NCBI RefSeq assembly: GCF_902459465.1
Contig: NC_047063.1
Coordinates: 22,196,001 to 22,260,000 of the forward strand
Direction of reading: 5' to 3'
DNA from: Asterias rubens
Lineage: Eukaryota
Length of the DNA stretch: 64,000 nt
Part shown: positions 1 to 11,553 of the stretch, piece after piece
Layout: every line of letters begins with the position of its first letter
How positions within the stretch are numbered: position 1 is the stretch's first letter
Translations under genes and position numbers: made by a program
The notes under the pieces: generated by a model
What the model was told of the DNA's origin: nothing
Databases searched by the model: none
Seen by the model: the letters and a program-made list of their open reading frames with translations, nothing else

Positions 1-290
1 CTATCTTACCACCTAGATCACCAAGATTGCTCGATAGCTAAATAGGGTACCCATTTAATAGATGTTAAATTTGCATTGGGGTTAAAGAATATTATTTCGG
101 CTTTGCCGTTCCACCAATGTGTGTAAGCACTGTATACCCAGTACTTTCCCAACTCTATAAAAAAAAAGTCGCAGGCCGATTAATCGGGTGGGATTTGAAC
201 CAGCGACCTTTGCCAATCCCGAGCAGATGTCTTGCTAACATACCACCGAGATTGCCTGGTAGGTAGAGGCAGTTGTACATCATCATGTCA
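1..290 (-). mobile_element. Second tRNA-derived SINE family (tandem fragments); copies at ~7410-7710 and ~9750-9880
   Basis: Shared GGGA.TTGAACC..CGACCTTTGCA, ACCACCGAGATTGCC and ATGTTAAATTTGCATCGGGGATAAAGAAT blocks. Confidence 0.6.
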
Positions 291-667
291 TGTTCCTGTC
301 AAGGAAATTGTGAGTTGGTGGCTCGAGTAGCTTCAATTTATGTATTATATAACTGACATACAGATCCTTGTCATTTGATTGGTGGAACTTACTTCACGTG
401 ACATTCACTATTACTCCCATCCACACCGGCGATCAAAAAGACCTATTCGCCCATGGGGAATAGCATTTCCCATTCAACAGTTAGGATCATCCTTCTTCCC
501 AATGTTTTTTTAGCAGTACAGCGCCGCCGCGCCGCTGCAAAAACAAAGGAGCACTTGTGCAAAAGGTTGTGATCTGAATTGTGCATTGTTGCCGCTACGC
601 GGCGCTGTTATTTTTGGTTGTCAGTAATTTGTGTGATTTTTCAAAATGTTATACTTTTAAAATACAT

Positions 668-864
668 CAAATGACAAGGATCTATAGGTCAGTTATATAA
701 AACAAATATTGAGTGGCTTTAATTCGTGGATTGGGAGGAATATTATCGCTCGATTAAATTTGGACTGTTCCATTTCACTCGGCTTCGCTTCGTGAAATGG
801 AACAGTTCAAATTTTACCTTGCGATAATATTCCTCCCATTCCACTCTGTGCCGCTCAATATTTG
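668..864. mobile_element. Palindromic element with CGGCTTCGC.TCG central loop and a one-sided terminus (Crypton-like, non-autonomous)
   Basis: Stem 703-864; terminus CAAATGACAAGGATCT..GTTATATAA at 668-700. The same terminus occurs at 345-385, 48015-48055 and 48310-48360. Confidence 0.55.
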
Positions 865-1268
865 TATACTATTGGTTTCCCACACAAAATAATTAGCCAA
901 CCCAAGCCCACATAAAGAAAACTTACAATCTACACTAGAGTTCCACTTCAACGATCTTGGAGATCCAACACTAAAACTTTCTCTCATAATTTGTACTAAA
1001 CATAACATGTAATAATTGTTCAACAAGCTAAATTATATAAAGTCATCTTAAATTAGAAATCGAGCAAAAAAAATAACCCACAGATATAAAACATATACAT
1101 ATATTTTCGTGATGTACGCAAAACAAACTTCACCACAACCGGTAGAGATATGTCACTCAGTTAGGAGCCTAAATTGGAAAGAGGTCGCATAATTTTGTAC
1201 TTAAACACAGAAAAAACATTTTTGAGTTTTACTCCCACTGACGAAAAAACACATAAATATATACAAAG

Positions 1269-4200
1269 TCAAAAGAGAAAGTTCCTACAATTCTTGGAGT
1301 TACACCTGCAGCGGATGGGCTGTAACTTTGAGGACGTTCCTGAAGTGTTCAATTCACCTGTAGAAAAACAAATCACAAAAAGGTGTCAAAGGTCGTCATG
1401 AATACGCCCTTTCCACCCAAACAACTCAAAGTCAAGCCACTTCTGCATTAAGTGACTTTGGCTAGGGCTACAGCCTCTTGTGTGCCAGATTCAGCCCAGT
1501 CGCAGTTTTCACCAAACTCTTCCCAACTTAGAATTAATCTTAGGACTTATGATGAGTTCAGTTCCGTATCTGAAGACATTAAGACGCATTGAACCCATCC
1601 TAAGTTAGGACCTCGAGGATTAATCACAGCGCCTCGTGAAATCAGGTGCTCTCCTCGAAATAACCCACATCACTCAAAGCAATTTTCCTCTGCTTTTGTT
1701 GTGGTGCCCCTTTGCAAAATTCCAATACAAGTGGAAGCTAAGCGTCGATGCTCGAAGGGGACTTTGTCCTGGCCCAGCCTGGAAGAGACCCAGAGGGCGA
1801 AAGTGGATCACGACTCACCGGTGTGGCGGTTTCAACTTTCCGCCGTGTTCAGTTTTCCGAATGACCAAATACGGTAACATTACATCATGCGACGCCTGCG
1901 CACAGCAAGCGAAAGTAGTCATTGTTAGTGCCGTACTGAGTCCCGGAAAACTGAACACGGCGGAAGACTGAAACCGCCACACCGGCACAGTAGCGGTGGC
2001 AGTCTGCAACACATCGTATGGTCTGGGCGGCTCTACGTCCGTCTTGATGGACCACAGAGAATGATGAATACAAGCTCAAATTTGCCCCATAGAGGTGTCC
2101 CTCATCAGAGGAAAATTGCTGTGTGAAGGGTTAACAAGGTCCTGTGGAAAACGCCTTCTCTACGCAATAAGTGTAACTGGATTCTTTTACGCATTTTATA
2201 ACACAACACCCAAGGCTTCAAGTCCCATCCGAGCAACGAAGCAATAATGGTTTTAAGTGTCTTGGATAAGGACACAAGTGCAGGCATGTATGCCTCGTTT
2301 TTTAAAGGGCAAGGGCACCAAGGCATTTTCTCCTTGGAAAAGGGCACCCTATCGATTTCTACTGGAGCATTTCTAGGGCACCAAGGGAATGACCAAGGGG
2401 CATGGAGCCAATCACCTTCATTGCCTCTGTGAAGTATCAGGCCTGGAAGTGTCAAGACTTGAACAAACACGCTGCTGATCTGAAACACCAAAGCCCCGTG
2501 ACTATTTTGTGAAAATCTAGGGTTGGAAAAAGAGTTCCACTATCATCCAGAAGATGACTTTCTGTATAAAGGCTGCATTACCTGTCATTTGATAGTCAAA
2601 CGTCAACTCCTCTCCGGCCTGGATGTCTCTACTCGCAAATAACGCTATCCTTGGTAGTCTGGGATCCAGTGTATTTACCCACACACCGTAGACAACTAAG
2701 TTTGGATCACACTGCAAGAGGGGGAAACAAGGGTACAATGTAGAATAAAATCAATATCATTCTGGTTTAGAAAAATGTTCTTCTGAACTGAAATTGTGTA
2801 AATACAAGAAATAGGCCAACATAAATAGAGATGAGAAAATACACAAATTTTAAAGGGGCAATCATGTTGTTACTGGTAAAACACAACATTTTAAGGGACC
2901 TTTGTGTAATTATTTTCTACTTTAAGAACATCTTTCCGACCATATTGATTTCACAACGAACAAATGTTAAAAGCCCAAAATTCCTAATCCAAAGGCAATG
3001 ATTCATCAGTTCCTACAAAGTTTTGTAAAAAAACAGACTCACGTTATGCCAATGTTTTACTAAAAAATTATTAAAAGAATTACACCAATGTTACAATAAT
3101 CATACAGACAAATAGCATACAATATAGTGCATTGATCTGAAAAAACAAGCAACATACACATCAAAATAAAACTATTTAGAATGCCCAAAATCGAAGTCAA
3201 AGATAAACACCAAATGTGAGGACCTTGTTTCAACTCGACATTCTTTTGGACAAACTTCCAAACTTTATGTCCAGAATGCCCAACAGCTTTGACAAATGCT
3301 GGGAAGAGCCATGTTTACTTCATTGATCATATACGACAGGGAGAATAAATGCTAAAACAATGCCCAGAATAATTCTTTTCTAGGAATTACAGTTTAAAGG
3401 CACTGTACACTATTGGTAATTATTAGCATAAACCTTACTTGGTAACAAGTAATGGGGAGCTGTTGATTTACGAGAAACGGCACCCTCTAGAGGTAACATA
3501 GTTTTTGAGAAAAAGTGTAATTTTCCACGAATTTGATTTCAAAACCTCAGAATTAGATTTTGAGGTCTTGAAATCAAGCATCTGAAAGCACACAACTTTG
3601 TGTAACAAGGGTGTTTTTTCACTCATTATTATCTCGCAACTTTGACGACCAATTGAGCTCAAATTTTCACAGGTTTGTTATTTTAAGCATGTTGAGATAC
3701 ACAAAGTGTAAAGACGGGTCTTTGACAATTACCAAAGTCCCACGTCTATAACTCCCAGTAAATTACAGTTTAGTCTCCAGACTACAGTGTAATCCTCAAT
3801 TCCAGACTGGTGTTTTTAGTCTGACGAACCAGGATTATTCAAAAACTATATTCTGCCACAATTATAAGCCATAATTACTCTTGCAAGTGCGAGATTCCAG
3901 CATGCCATTTGGCTGTTCATCAATTAGTAGTGGCCGTGGCTAACAGCCGAGTCACAGCAAATGAGGGTTTTTGTTTTGTTCAAATTTTTTGAAAAGGAAA
4001 AAAACATAAATTCCAAATCAAAGTACGAGTTTGTGTGTAGGCTTTACTAGTATGGCCAGGGCTTGAATTGGGAAGAAAAATGCATATAGACCCATTGCAT
4101 ATGACGTCACACTCTCAAAAAGGAGGCAGATCATTGGACAATAGCTGTTCTCTGCGCTTAAAAACTGGTGCGTGACCACAGCATACCTGTACCGTTCGCG

Positions 4201-7200
4201 TTATGCAAGGGGGAGCTATTGATTTTTTTACACAATACATGCTCGCAATTTTGGGTGTCAACTCTCTTTTGTGCACATTTGTATACGATTTTAACTCCCT
4301 AAAATGATATCCAGGATAGGCACATGTGAGTACGCTGCGCATATTGCAAGGGGTCTTTACATAAGAACAGAATATAAAATGGGGAAAATTTAAATTTGCG
4401 TTTGAAGGTTATGAATAAAAAATATATTGCATCAACTACAATATTTTGAGGTTTGGCGAACACCGTCAGGTACACAGTTTGGTTTGGATGCAAAAATGTA
4501 ATCAGCATATTTGCCAACCATTAGTGTGTATGCATGAACATAACTAGCATGTATACATGTATACCAACCAACAGTATTACGCATCAAGACACAGTTAGCA
4601 TGTTTATTAAAACATACTTACAGAGTGGTTAACAAAGTGAGAGACGTTTCCATAGCGTCCAGCATCCACAGTGAACGGACAGTCTCCATCGTTATAATCC
4701 AAGTCGAAGAGGTAGGTCCTGCCGTTAGCGTCGTAGATTTGACCCCTCCTTTCTGCTTCCTCATTAGTTATTACCTGAGGGTTGACAAGCCAGAAACAGA
4801 AATGAAGAAAACCATGAGAAGCATTTGATTCAGGTGGGGCCATGGGTGGGGGGGGGGGGTCAAATTTGAGAGAATAATCCACAATACCACAGGGCTTGTA
4901 GTTGTTTACTGTCTTTATACCAAATCATTCAAATCTCTTATCAAAACTTATCTTATGTCACAGGTTTCAAGGACTAATTTTTGTTGTGTACGTTTTCTTG
5001 TTTTTGGTTTTACTGCGCCTTGAACACCCAGCAGGGTGGATATGTGCGCATTACCTGTCTTTATTATTGTTACTGGACCATAAATTTGTGTTCAAGACCA
5101 GAATCAAAATGATGACATAAACTTCCCCCGAGTCCTGTCACAGCTACAGTTTGACATGCATCGACTTGTATGGTCGAAAGTCTTGTCAGGTCATGAGTTT
5201 ACAAGCCAGACACTAAAACCACTGGACTCGGCCTCTGGTCCAGAGTAAAATTCAAGCCCTAGGACAGTGGACCTCATACTTCATAGAAGCACTTGCCTTA
5301 CTGCCCCTGGTCATTGCCTTGGTGCCCCCTCGAAATTTTCCAGTAGCCCTTTGAGTTTTTTTCCATAGAGTTGCCCTTTCCAATAAGAGAAAATTTATTG
5401 CACTTCCATGAACAATGTAGCAGGCCTGTAACAGCACTAGCTAAGGTACTGTCCAAAGTTTTCAAAAATGTTCAGCTTCAAGAGAGAGAGAGAACCAGTT
5501 TGACGCCCCCTCCCCCTCCTCAAAAGTAGTATTAATCGGCCTGATACGCTACCTTGTGCACAGGGAAAACCCTTTGTCAGTGATCTCAAAGCTCTGTGAA
5601 TATAAGGACAGCTATTTTTTATCACACAAAAATCCATTTCATCCATAGACTCACCTCCCCAACATATTCCATGACAAATGTGTTTTTCCTGATCTCCGAA
5701 AGCGTCCTGACACCCCAGCCACATCCATTAGAGGTCCTGAAGATGGCAACGTCCTTCTGGCGGCCGTACTGCACCACACGATTTGGACACTTGGGGCCAC
5801 ACTTACACCGTATGTTACACTCGTACACCGGCTTACCGGGCGCTACCTTAATCTTTCCATTCTTATGAAACGCAAAGGGGGCGCCACTTTTCTGCGGGCA
5901 ACAGCCGGAACAAGTGCTACAGTCCTCGCATTCACAGCCCACGAGCGGATCGTTCGGGATGACGAGTCCCGGCCCCGGTTTGTAATCGTTAATGTAATTG
6001 AAGTCTTTGGGTGGACCGACCAAATCCACATTGTTCTTAACGAGAATGCGCGCTTTCTCCGTACACACTGCGTTCAAATCCTTTTCCCATTTCTTGAGGG
6101 CTTTCTGATTGGCTGTCCGCTGACTGGAAAGGTCCACTGGGGTGATGACTCCGTCCTCGTTACTGCACTTCGGCTTTTTGCTCTTGATGGAGTAAAGAGT
6201 TTCGCCGGAGTGCTCGCGCTTGCGCTTGTACTCTTCTCGATTTTCTTTCTTGTGAAATTTCTTGATGAGTTTCGAGCAGCCTGCCAGGTTTTTCAAGGGT
6301 TCCCATGTGTTCTCACTGGTTGAGTAACCCTTCCACTTCACATAGTACCAGACAGTGTCCTGTATAAGGAACAAATACAGGCAGCAAAAATATGGTTATT
6401 CCCACTGTAAGTTAAATAGACTCTCAAGAAAGTACATCAACTAGTCAAACGATAAATATTTCGTAGTATTTCCATGTATTTCCACTTGAGTGCTTCTGTT
6501 ACACTTGTATACCTTTGTGTGTGTTGTGTTGTCATTTAGCCTTCAAGAAAGGCTCTGCTATGGTCGAAACGTCAGGCCATTGAATCGTTTTTGCGCTTAT
6601 ACCAGGTCATTTTGTTGGGAAGCAGCTTGCAACAGATAGTTCTAATTTCTCAAACATTCTTTAAGTTGGCATTTTCACTGCCAACATTGAAGTCAGAAAT
6701 ACACGTTTATCACGGTGTGGCCATCTTGATTTTACTCCATTCCAACTCATTGTAACCAAACTGGGGCTGGACGAATTAATAGTCTGGTGCCATGTTTGCG
6801 CAATGAATATTAGCATTCAATACTGTTATTGAAACAGGGAACATGACCAAGATGGTGACAGCGTGATAAGGGTCAATAGGGCAATATGCAGAAAGTACTC
6901 GAATGAAATGGCCCAGTGATCAGGGTAATAATGTTGGAAGCGCTTTGAGACATGGTGTTTAAACCAAATAATATTATAATATTATCATTATTTTTAAGTA
7001 CTGTTCTGCAGAATCAGTGACAGTTGGCAGCTCTTGGGGGCAACAGAGACCATGCCTCTGTGGCCTTCAAGCTATTCAAGGTATCCTCTGCATTACCTAA
7101 GTTGTCCCTTGAAATTTTCCACAAGGGATTTTCAATAGCCTCATGTGCCCTTCATCATGGACAAACGCCTTGGTGCCCTTGTCCATTGAAAAACGAAATG

Positions 7201-9441
7201 GTACCGAAACGGTAGTTGTGCCAACGTAACCCTCGTCCGCAAGACCGGAGGGTTACGAGAATGTGTGCATACAAAGGGGCAAGCTTGCCCAACAGACCAA
7301 CATGTATAATTGACAGACTAGTCACCAGATTTACCCCATTTTTACCACTTTCGAAAATCTTGACACAAATTCTCAGAACACGAGCTTGATCCTCAATGTC
7401 TCATGAATCCATTCATTTAATATGTTAAATTTGCATCGGGGATAAAGAATATTCATTTTGGTTTTTACCCATATGCACCGATGTGTGTTAGCACTCCATT
7501 CTCAGTACTTACCCAAATTTCTGTGAAAAAAATCACAGGCATATTACTCGGGATGGATTCTAACCCTTGTCCTTTGCAACTCTAGAGCATTGTCATACCA
7601 ACTAGACCACCGAGATTGCCCGGTGGCTATAGTTAGTTCGTTTTAGCAGCGGGTACTGCAAACGATTTAATAGACGTTAAATTTGCATCGGGGATAAAGA
7701 ATATTCATTCATCAATTTATTCATAACACTCAAAACACCATTGAGGAAATATTTTGAAGAAAAAAGGACAAAAACTTACCAGAGCGTGGAGCAAAACAAA
7801 CTACACAAATCTGGTGACTAGTCAGTCAACATGGGTAAAAAATGTACGTGTAGGACAAGCTCGGTCGTTTTTTTTTGTGCACAGAGCTTCATAACCCTCT
7901 GGCCGTCGGGAGTTACGTTATCACAACTAACAAAGCGGCAGCTCAAGCAAGTATATTACATGGTCGTCTGTTCCATTCACAAAATGGTTACACCGACAAA
8001 CATTGCAAGAAATTATCCATCAATATCTTACATGTCTAAAGCGACTTACACTCTCATCCCTGACGAAGTCTCCAATACTTTCAACTTCATACTCATTAGG
8101 GACAACAGGGCTGGTAGCTAAACGAGGTAAAATAAAATAAAAAGTTGTGTAAAGTAAGATTTAGAAAACAAATTACAGTCTTCAACACTGACCCACAAAT
8201 AAAGGGAAGGTATACGTTTGGAATGGAATTGGTTATCACTCCTAAAAATTAATGGCAATAAAACATTAACTGGGTTAGAAGTACAGCCGTCAATTTCACA
8301 AACAGTTAGGATTCGTCTTATCTCTTAGGATTAATCTTAAGGTCTGCATACTACCATGGCTACAGTGCAGGGATAACTTTCCGTATGGCGCCACCACTTT
8401 TTTACTCATTTTTACAAAAGGGGATATCTCATTGAGGTAAATTAGATACTATATTATTTCATATCGAATGAAAAAGTGGTGGCGCCATACGGAAACTTTT
8501 CCCAGTGCAGGGTTGGACTCGTCCTACTAAGTCATAAGATAAATCCTAAGTTAGGAAGAGTTTTGTGAAATCGAAAGCAGCAGCTTTTGATAGTTACACA
8601 GTACAACAAAGCATTTTGAGAATAATTTCACTTTGAAGTAATTTGGTCATGGAAAAGTTTTGGATAACTTTCTGTAAGGCGCCACCACAAAGGGATATCT
8701 CATTGTGGTAAATTAGATACTATATTATTCCATATCGAATGAAAAAGTTGTGGCGCCATACGGAAACTTTTCCAAAGTTTTTAAACGATCAGATTCAGAA
8801 TGTTTGTGAACGTCAACGATACTCATGTTGGCTACTCATAATATGTATGTATGTGCATCAAGGAGGGTTCTACATACGATCTGCAGTCAAAACATAATTT
8901 CAGATGATTTTACCATAGTAGTAGGATAAGATTTCTAAATTAAAATTAACTCCGCCATGCAATGGATGGATGCATATTGCATAATGTCCACCGTTTATTT
9001 TTAGTGTTGACTGTCAACTCGATCAAAACGGCATTATAATTTGTATTTATTTATTCCTACACATTTATTTATACACTAAGAATAATCACACTAAATTTAA
9101 GCAATGTGCATTGATGCCACCATGGCTGATGTGAAATGACAAAAATTTAAAGGGTCTCCCATCCCCCATAATAAAATGCAAAGAGCATGCATCACGTTCT
9201 CGCCAATGTTGTTGTGGTTATTAAAAACAGTTGACAATCCTTGATCATGTGGACACGGAATTTGTCGTCATATTTCAGCTTGCACAAAGTTCTTCTTGCC
9301 ATTCAATTACGACGTTGATAATCATCTTTATTAAAAATATTAGATGCAAAGAGGGAACACACTAAAGTAAGTGAATAATTCGGTATTTAATAAAACACCT
9401 CACTTACCATTTTCGGAGCTAGACTTCTTATTATCTGCCAT
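1269..9441 (-). CDS. SUV39H1: Histone H3K9 methyltransferase SUV39H1/2-like (chromo + pre-SET + SET + post-SET), 392 aa
   Basis: Manual join (minus): 9441-9408, 8117-8050, 6359-5655, 4774-4622, 2711-2582, 1357-1269. All introns are GT-AG, phases agree, total 1179 nt. Motifs: chromodomain [22 protein letters not shown]; Cys-rich pre-SET ([23 protein letters not shown]); SET (GCGWGV, YVGEVIT, NHSCDPN, ELTFDY); post-[16 protein letters not shown]. Likely a single pro-orthologue of vertebrate SUV39H1/2. Confidence 0.95.
1735..2070 (+). mobile_element. 3' fragment of an RTE-like non-LTR retrotransposon, interrupted by a TIR element
   Basis: Matches 61816-62022 (WKRPRGR..W..A.NR..WAALR; GAATGATGA tail). 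Split at 1818-1985. Confidence 0.75.
1822..1981. mobile_element. 160-bp non-autonomous Ginger1-like DNA transposon (TGT..ACA, CCGG TSD)
   Basis: ~40-bp TIRs TGTGGCGGTTTCA..TTCCGCCGTGTTCAGTTTTCC. CCGG is duplicated at 1818-1821 and 1982-1985. The uninterrupted site CTCACCGGCACAG is visible in the sister copy near 61930. Confidence 0.7.
4940..5070 (+). mobile_element. LINE/SINE 3'-tail fragment with (TTA)n end; second copy at 17080-17240
   Basis: Shared TTTTACTGCGCCTTGAACACCCAGCAGGGTGGATATGTGCGCATTAC. Confidence 0.55.
8371..8502. mobile_element. ~130-bp MITE with GG termini and 8-bp TSD (Merlin-like), nested in another palindromic MITE (~8285-8580)
   Basis: TIR GGATAACTTTCCGTATGGCGCCACCACTTTTT; TSD CAGTGCAG at 8363-8370 and 8503-8510. 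Confidence 0.8.
8662..8773. mobile_element. Second, internally deleted copy of the 8-bp-TSD MITE
   Basis: TSD AAAGTTTT at 8654-8661 and 8774-8781. Confidence 0.75.
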
Positions 9442-9983
9442 TTTGGATTTGGTACCGTGAACATGGATCGTGATTGGTCAATGTGCGTAAAATGAAGCGC
9501 CAACAGTGGGGCGCTTTAATGCGCCCAAACCTGCTCTTTTTGTGTACTGCATCGTGCGCGTGTGCCCCTCCCATCGTACGGCCGGACGGCAAGCAGATGC
9601 TCTCGGTTGTTAAAAGTTACGGGCCTCAAATTTCAGCTATAAAACTACGTAAAACTAGTTGAATCGGGGATTAAAAACCCATAAGTACCCGCCGCTAAAA
9701 TATAGGATTCGAACTACCTCAGCTACTGGATGCGGTCCTAATATAATAAATAGTTGTGCTCCAGTTGCAAAGGTCGTGGGTTCGACACCCCCCCCCGAGA
9801 ACATGCCTAGGATTTTTTTCTCACAGAACTCAGTTGGGAAAGTACTGAGTGCACTGCACTCAAACCAATTACCTCTTTAGTATGTAATACTAATTAGTAA
9901 TTAATTAATTAATTGTTTTACTTCGACTGACAATGTTTTAGAAAGTTCACTTTCACTTTCCAAATGCTTTCAAGGCTATATAT

Positions 9984-10092
9984 AGGCACAATGCAGTTTT
10001 TTCTCTCTCATTACAATTTTAGGCACAATGCGGTTTGTTTTCTCTCATTATAATTTTAGGCACAATGCATTTTTTTTCCTCTCATTATAATA
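9984..10092. repeat. 3 x 37-bp tandem repeat
   Basis: AGGCACAATGC..TCTCTCATTA.AATTTT at 9984, 10021, 10058. Confidence 0.85.
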
Positions 10093-11192
10093 TTTGATTC
10101 TTTTAAATGTTGTTGGTTGTTTTTAATGGACTGTAATTAATGTAGTAAATGGACTTTTAGACAAATAATGTTTCTACCATTCAAAATTACTAAGCAAGCC
10201 TATACGTATTGGAACATTTTACCCAGACAAAAACAAACATTTGAACAGTTGTTTCCTTCGGTGGTCGCCGCGCGGCATCTCAGATGTTCCAACGTTTCTC
10301 GGATCGATGATCAATTCGGTATAGATATAAATAAGTTTATAATACAAACATAAGAACGTTATAGGATCAGATAAAATTTAAAACAAATCTACAAAAATCA
10401 GGCCTACTAAATAAACAGGTAAAAGGAAGAAAAAATCAGAATGAAAGAAAAATTCCAACCCACAAGGAATCACATCTAAAAAAAAATGGTAAGTTAAAAC
10501 TTTCACGAATTAGGTGTGAAAGCTGTTTTATTTGTACCCGAATCTATCATAAATAACCTAACTTATACACACGGGGTAAAAAAAAACAAAACAAAAAAAA
10601 CCCGTAAATAATAATACTGGACTCCCTGTTTAAAAACATTTCTTTAAACCATTCTCTTTTCAAATTGATACATCACGACTTTTAGAAGTAAGTTTTAGTT
10701 GACAAAATGGCGGAGAGAAGAAAAATAACCCCAAAAGTATCTCGCAAAAGGTTTGGGCTATAAGTGGCGCGAATCTACAGGTTTGGGCTATAAATGTGTA
10801 AAACTCAAATTCACTTCAAATTGCTGCACAGCTCTGTTGCTGCCACACAATGCCCCACGGGCATATGACTGTGAATAGGGCATACAAAGCAAAATATATA
10901 CAACTGTTATCCAAAAGGGTATTTTACATACAATTTTGACACACCAATTGTCCAATGTACACAAAATCCCTGTAAACTACATCACAGCCCAACGCATATC
11001 CTTTGTATTTTTAAAACCATTGGAGCATACAGTGGGCGTGGCTTATGCTGGCTTTAAAGTCATGTTTACACAAACGGGAGAACATTTTACTGCCATTTCA
11101 TTACATTGTGTATTTCCATTTTATCAGTTTAAGTTTAAACTTCATTACATGCTATATATACAAGATATATAATGGCAGTGTCAATGTTAATC

Positions 11193-11553
11193 TTAAAGAT
11201 GCTATGTCAGATTTTTGGCCCCAAACATTAAAAAATAGATTTTTTTGAGTGAATGCCATTTCAAAGAGTATCACCCGTTCTAACTTTTACTTATAATGGT
11301 CAGGAACCATGACAACAATTTAAAACGTTTTTTATAAATCACATAAGAATTGGTCACATGATATATTGTCGGGATCCCGACAAAAACTCATTTTGAGCAC
11401 TTTATTTCACTGCTACTAATAATTGGCAGACTTTTTTGAGCAATGGCTCAAATGAAAGCTTGTAACTTTCTCGACCCCCATCAAAATACCTATTGAATTT
11501 TAAATCAAAATTTTTTGGTCAAATCGGCCAAAAATCTGACATAGCATCTTTAA
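11193..11553. mobile_element. TTAA-flanked MITE (family K3) with perfect 24-bp TIRs
   Basis: AGATGCTATGTCAGATTTTTGGCC / GGCCAAAAATCTGACATAGCATCT, TTAA on both sides. Confidence 0.85.

Noticed and set aside
7774-7990. Strong minus-strand donor (CTG|GTAAGT at 7780) in SUV39H intron 2
   Set aside because: All three frames contain stops. A 21-nt in-frame micro-exon is possible but would split the chromodomain, and nothing supports it.
9200-9310. Short minus-strand ORF ([15 protein letters not shown].., 36 aa) in SUV39H intron 1
   Set aside because: No recognisable homology and no usable donor; consistent with chance.
9408-9441. Insect-style Su(var)3-9 / eIF2-gamma shared first exon
   Set aside because: No eIF2-gamma sequence in the window; exon 1 splices in phase directly to the chromodomain exon.
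10700-10800. AAAATGGCGG plus a direct repeat AGGTTTGGGCTATAA (possible promoter of an unseen + strand gene)
   Set aside because: No downstream exon or ORF could be supported before 14600.
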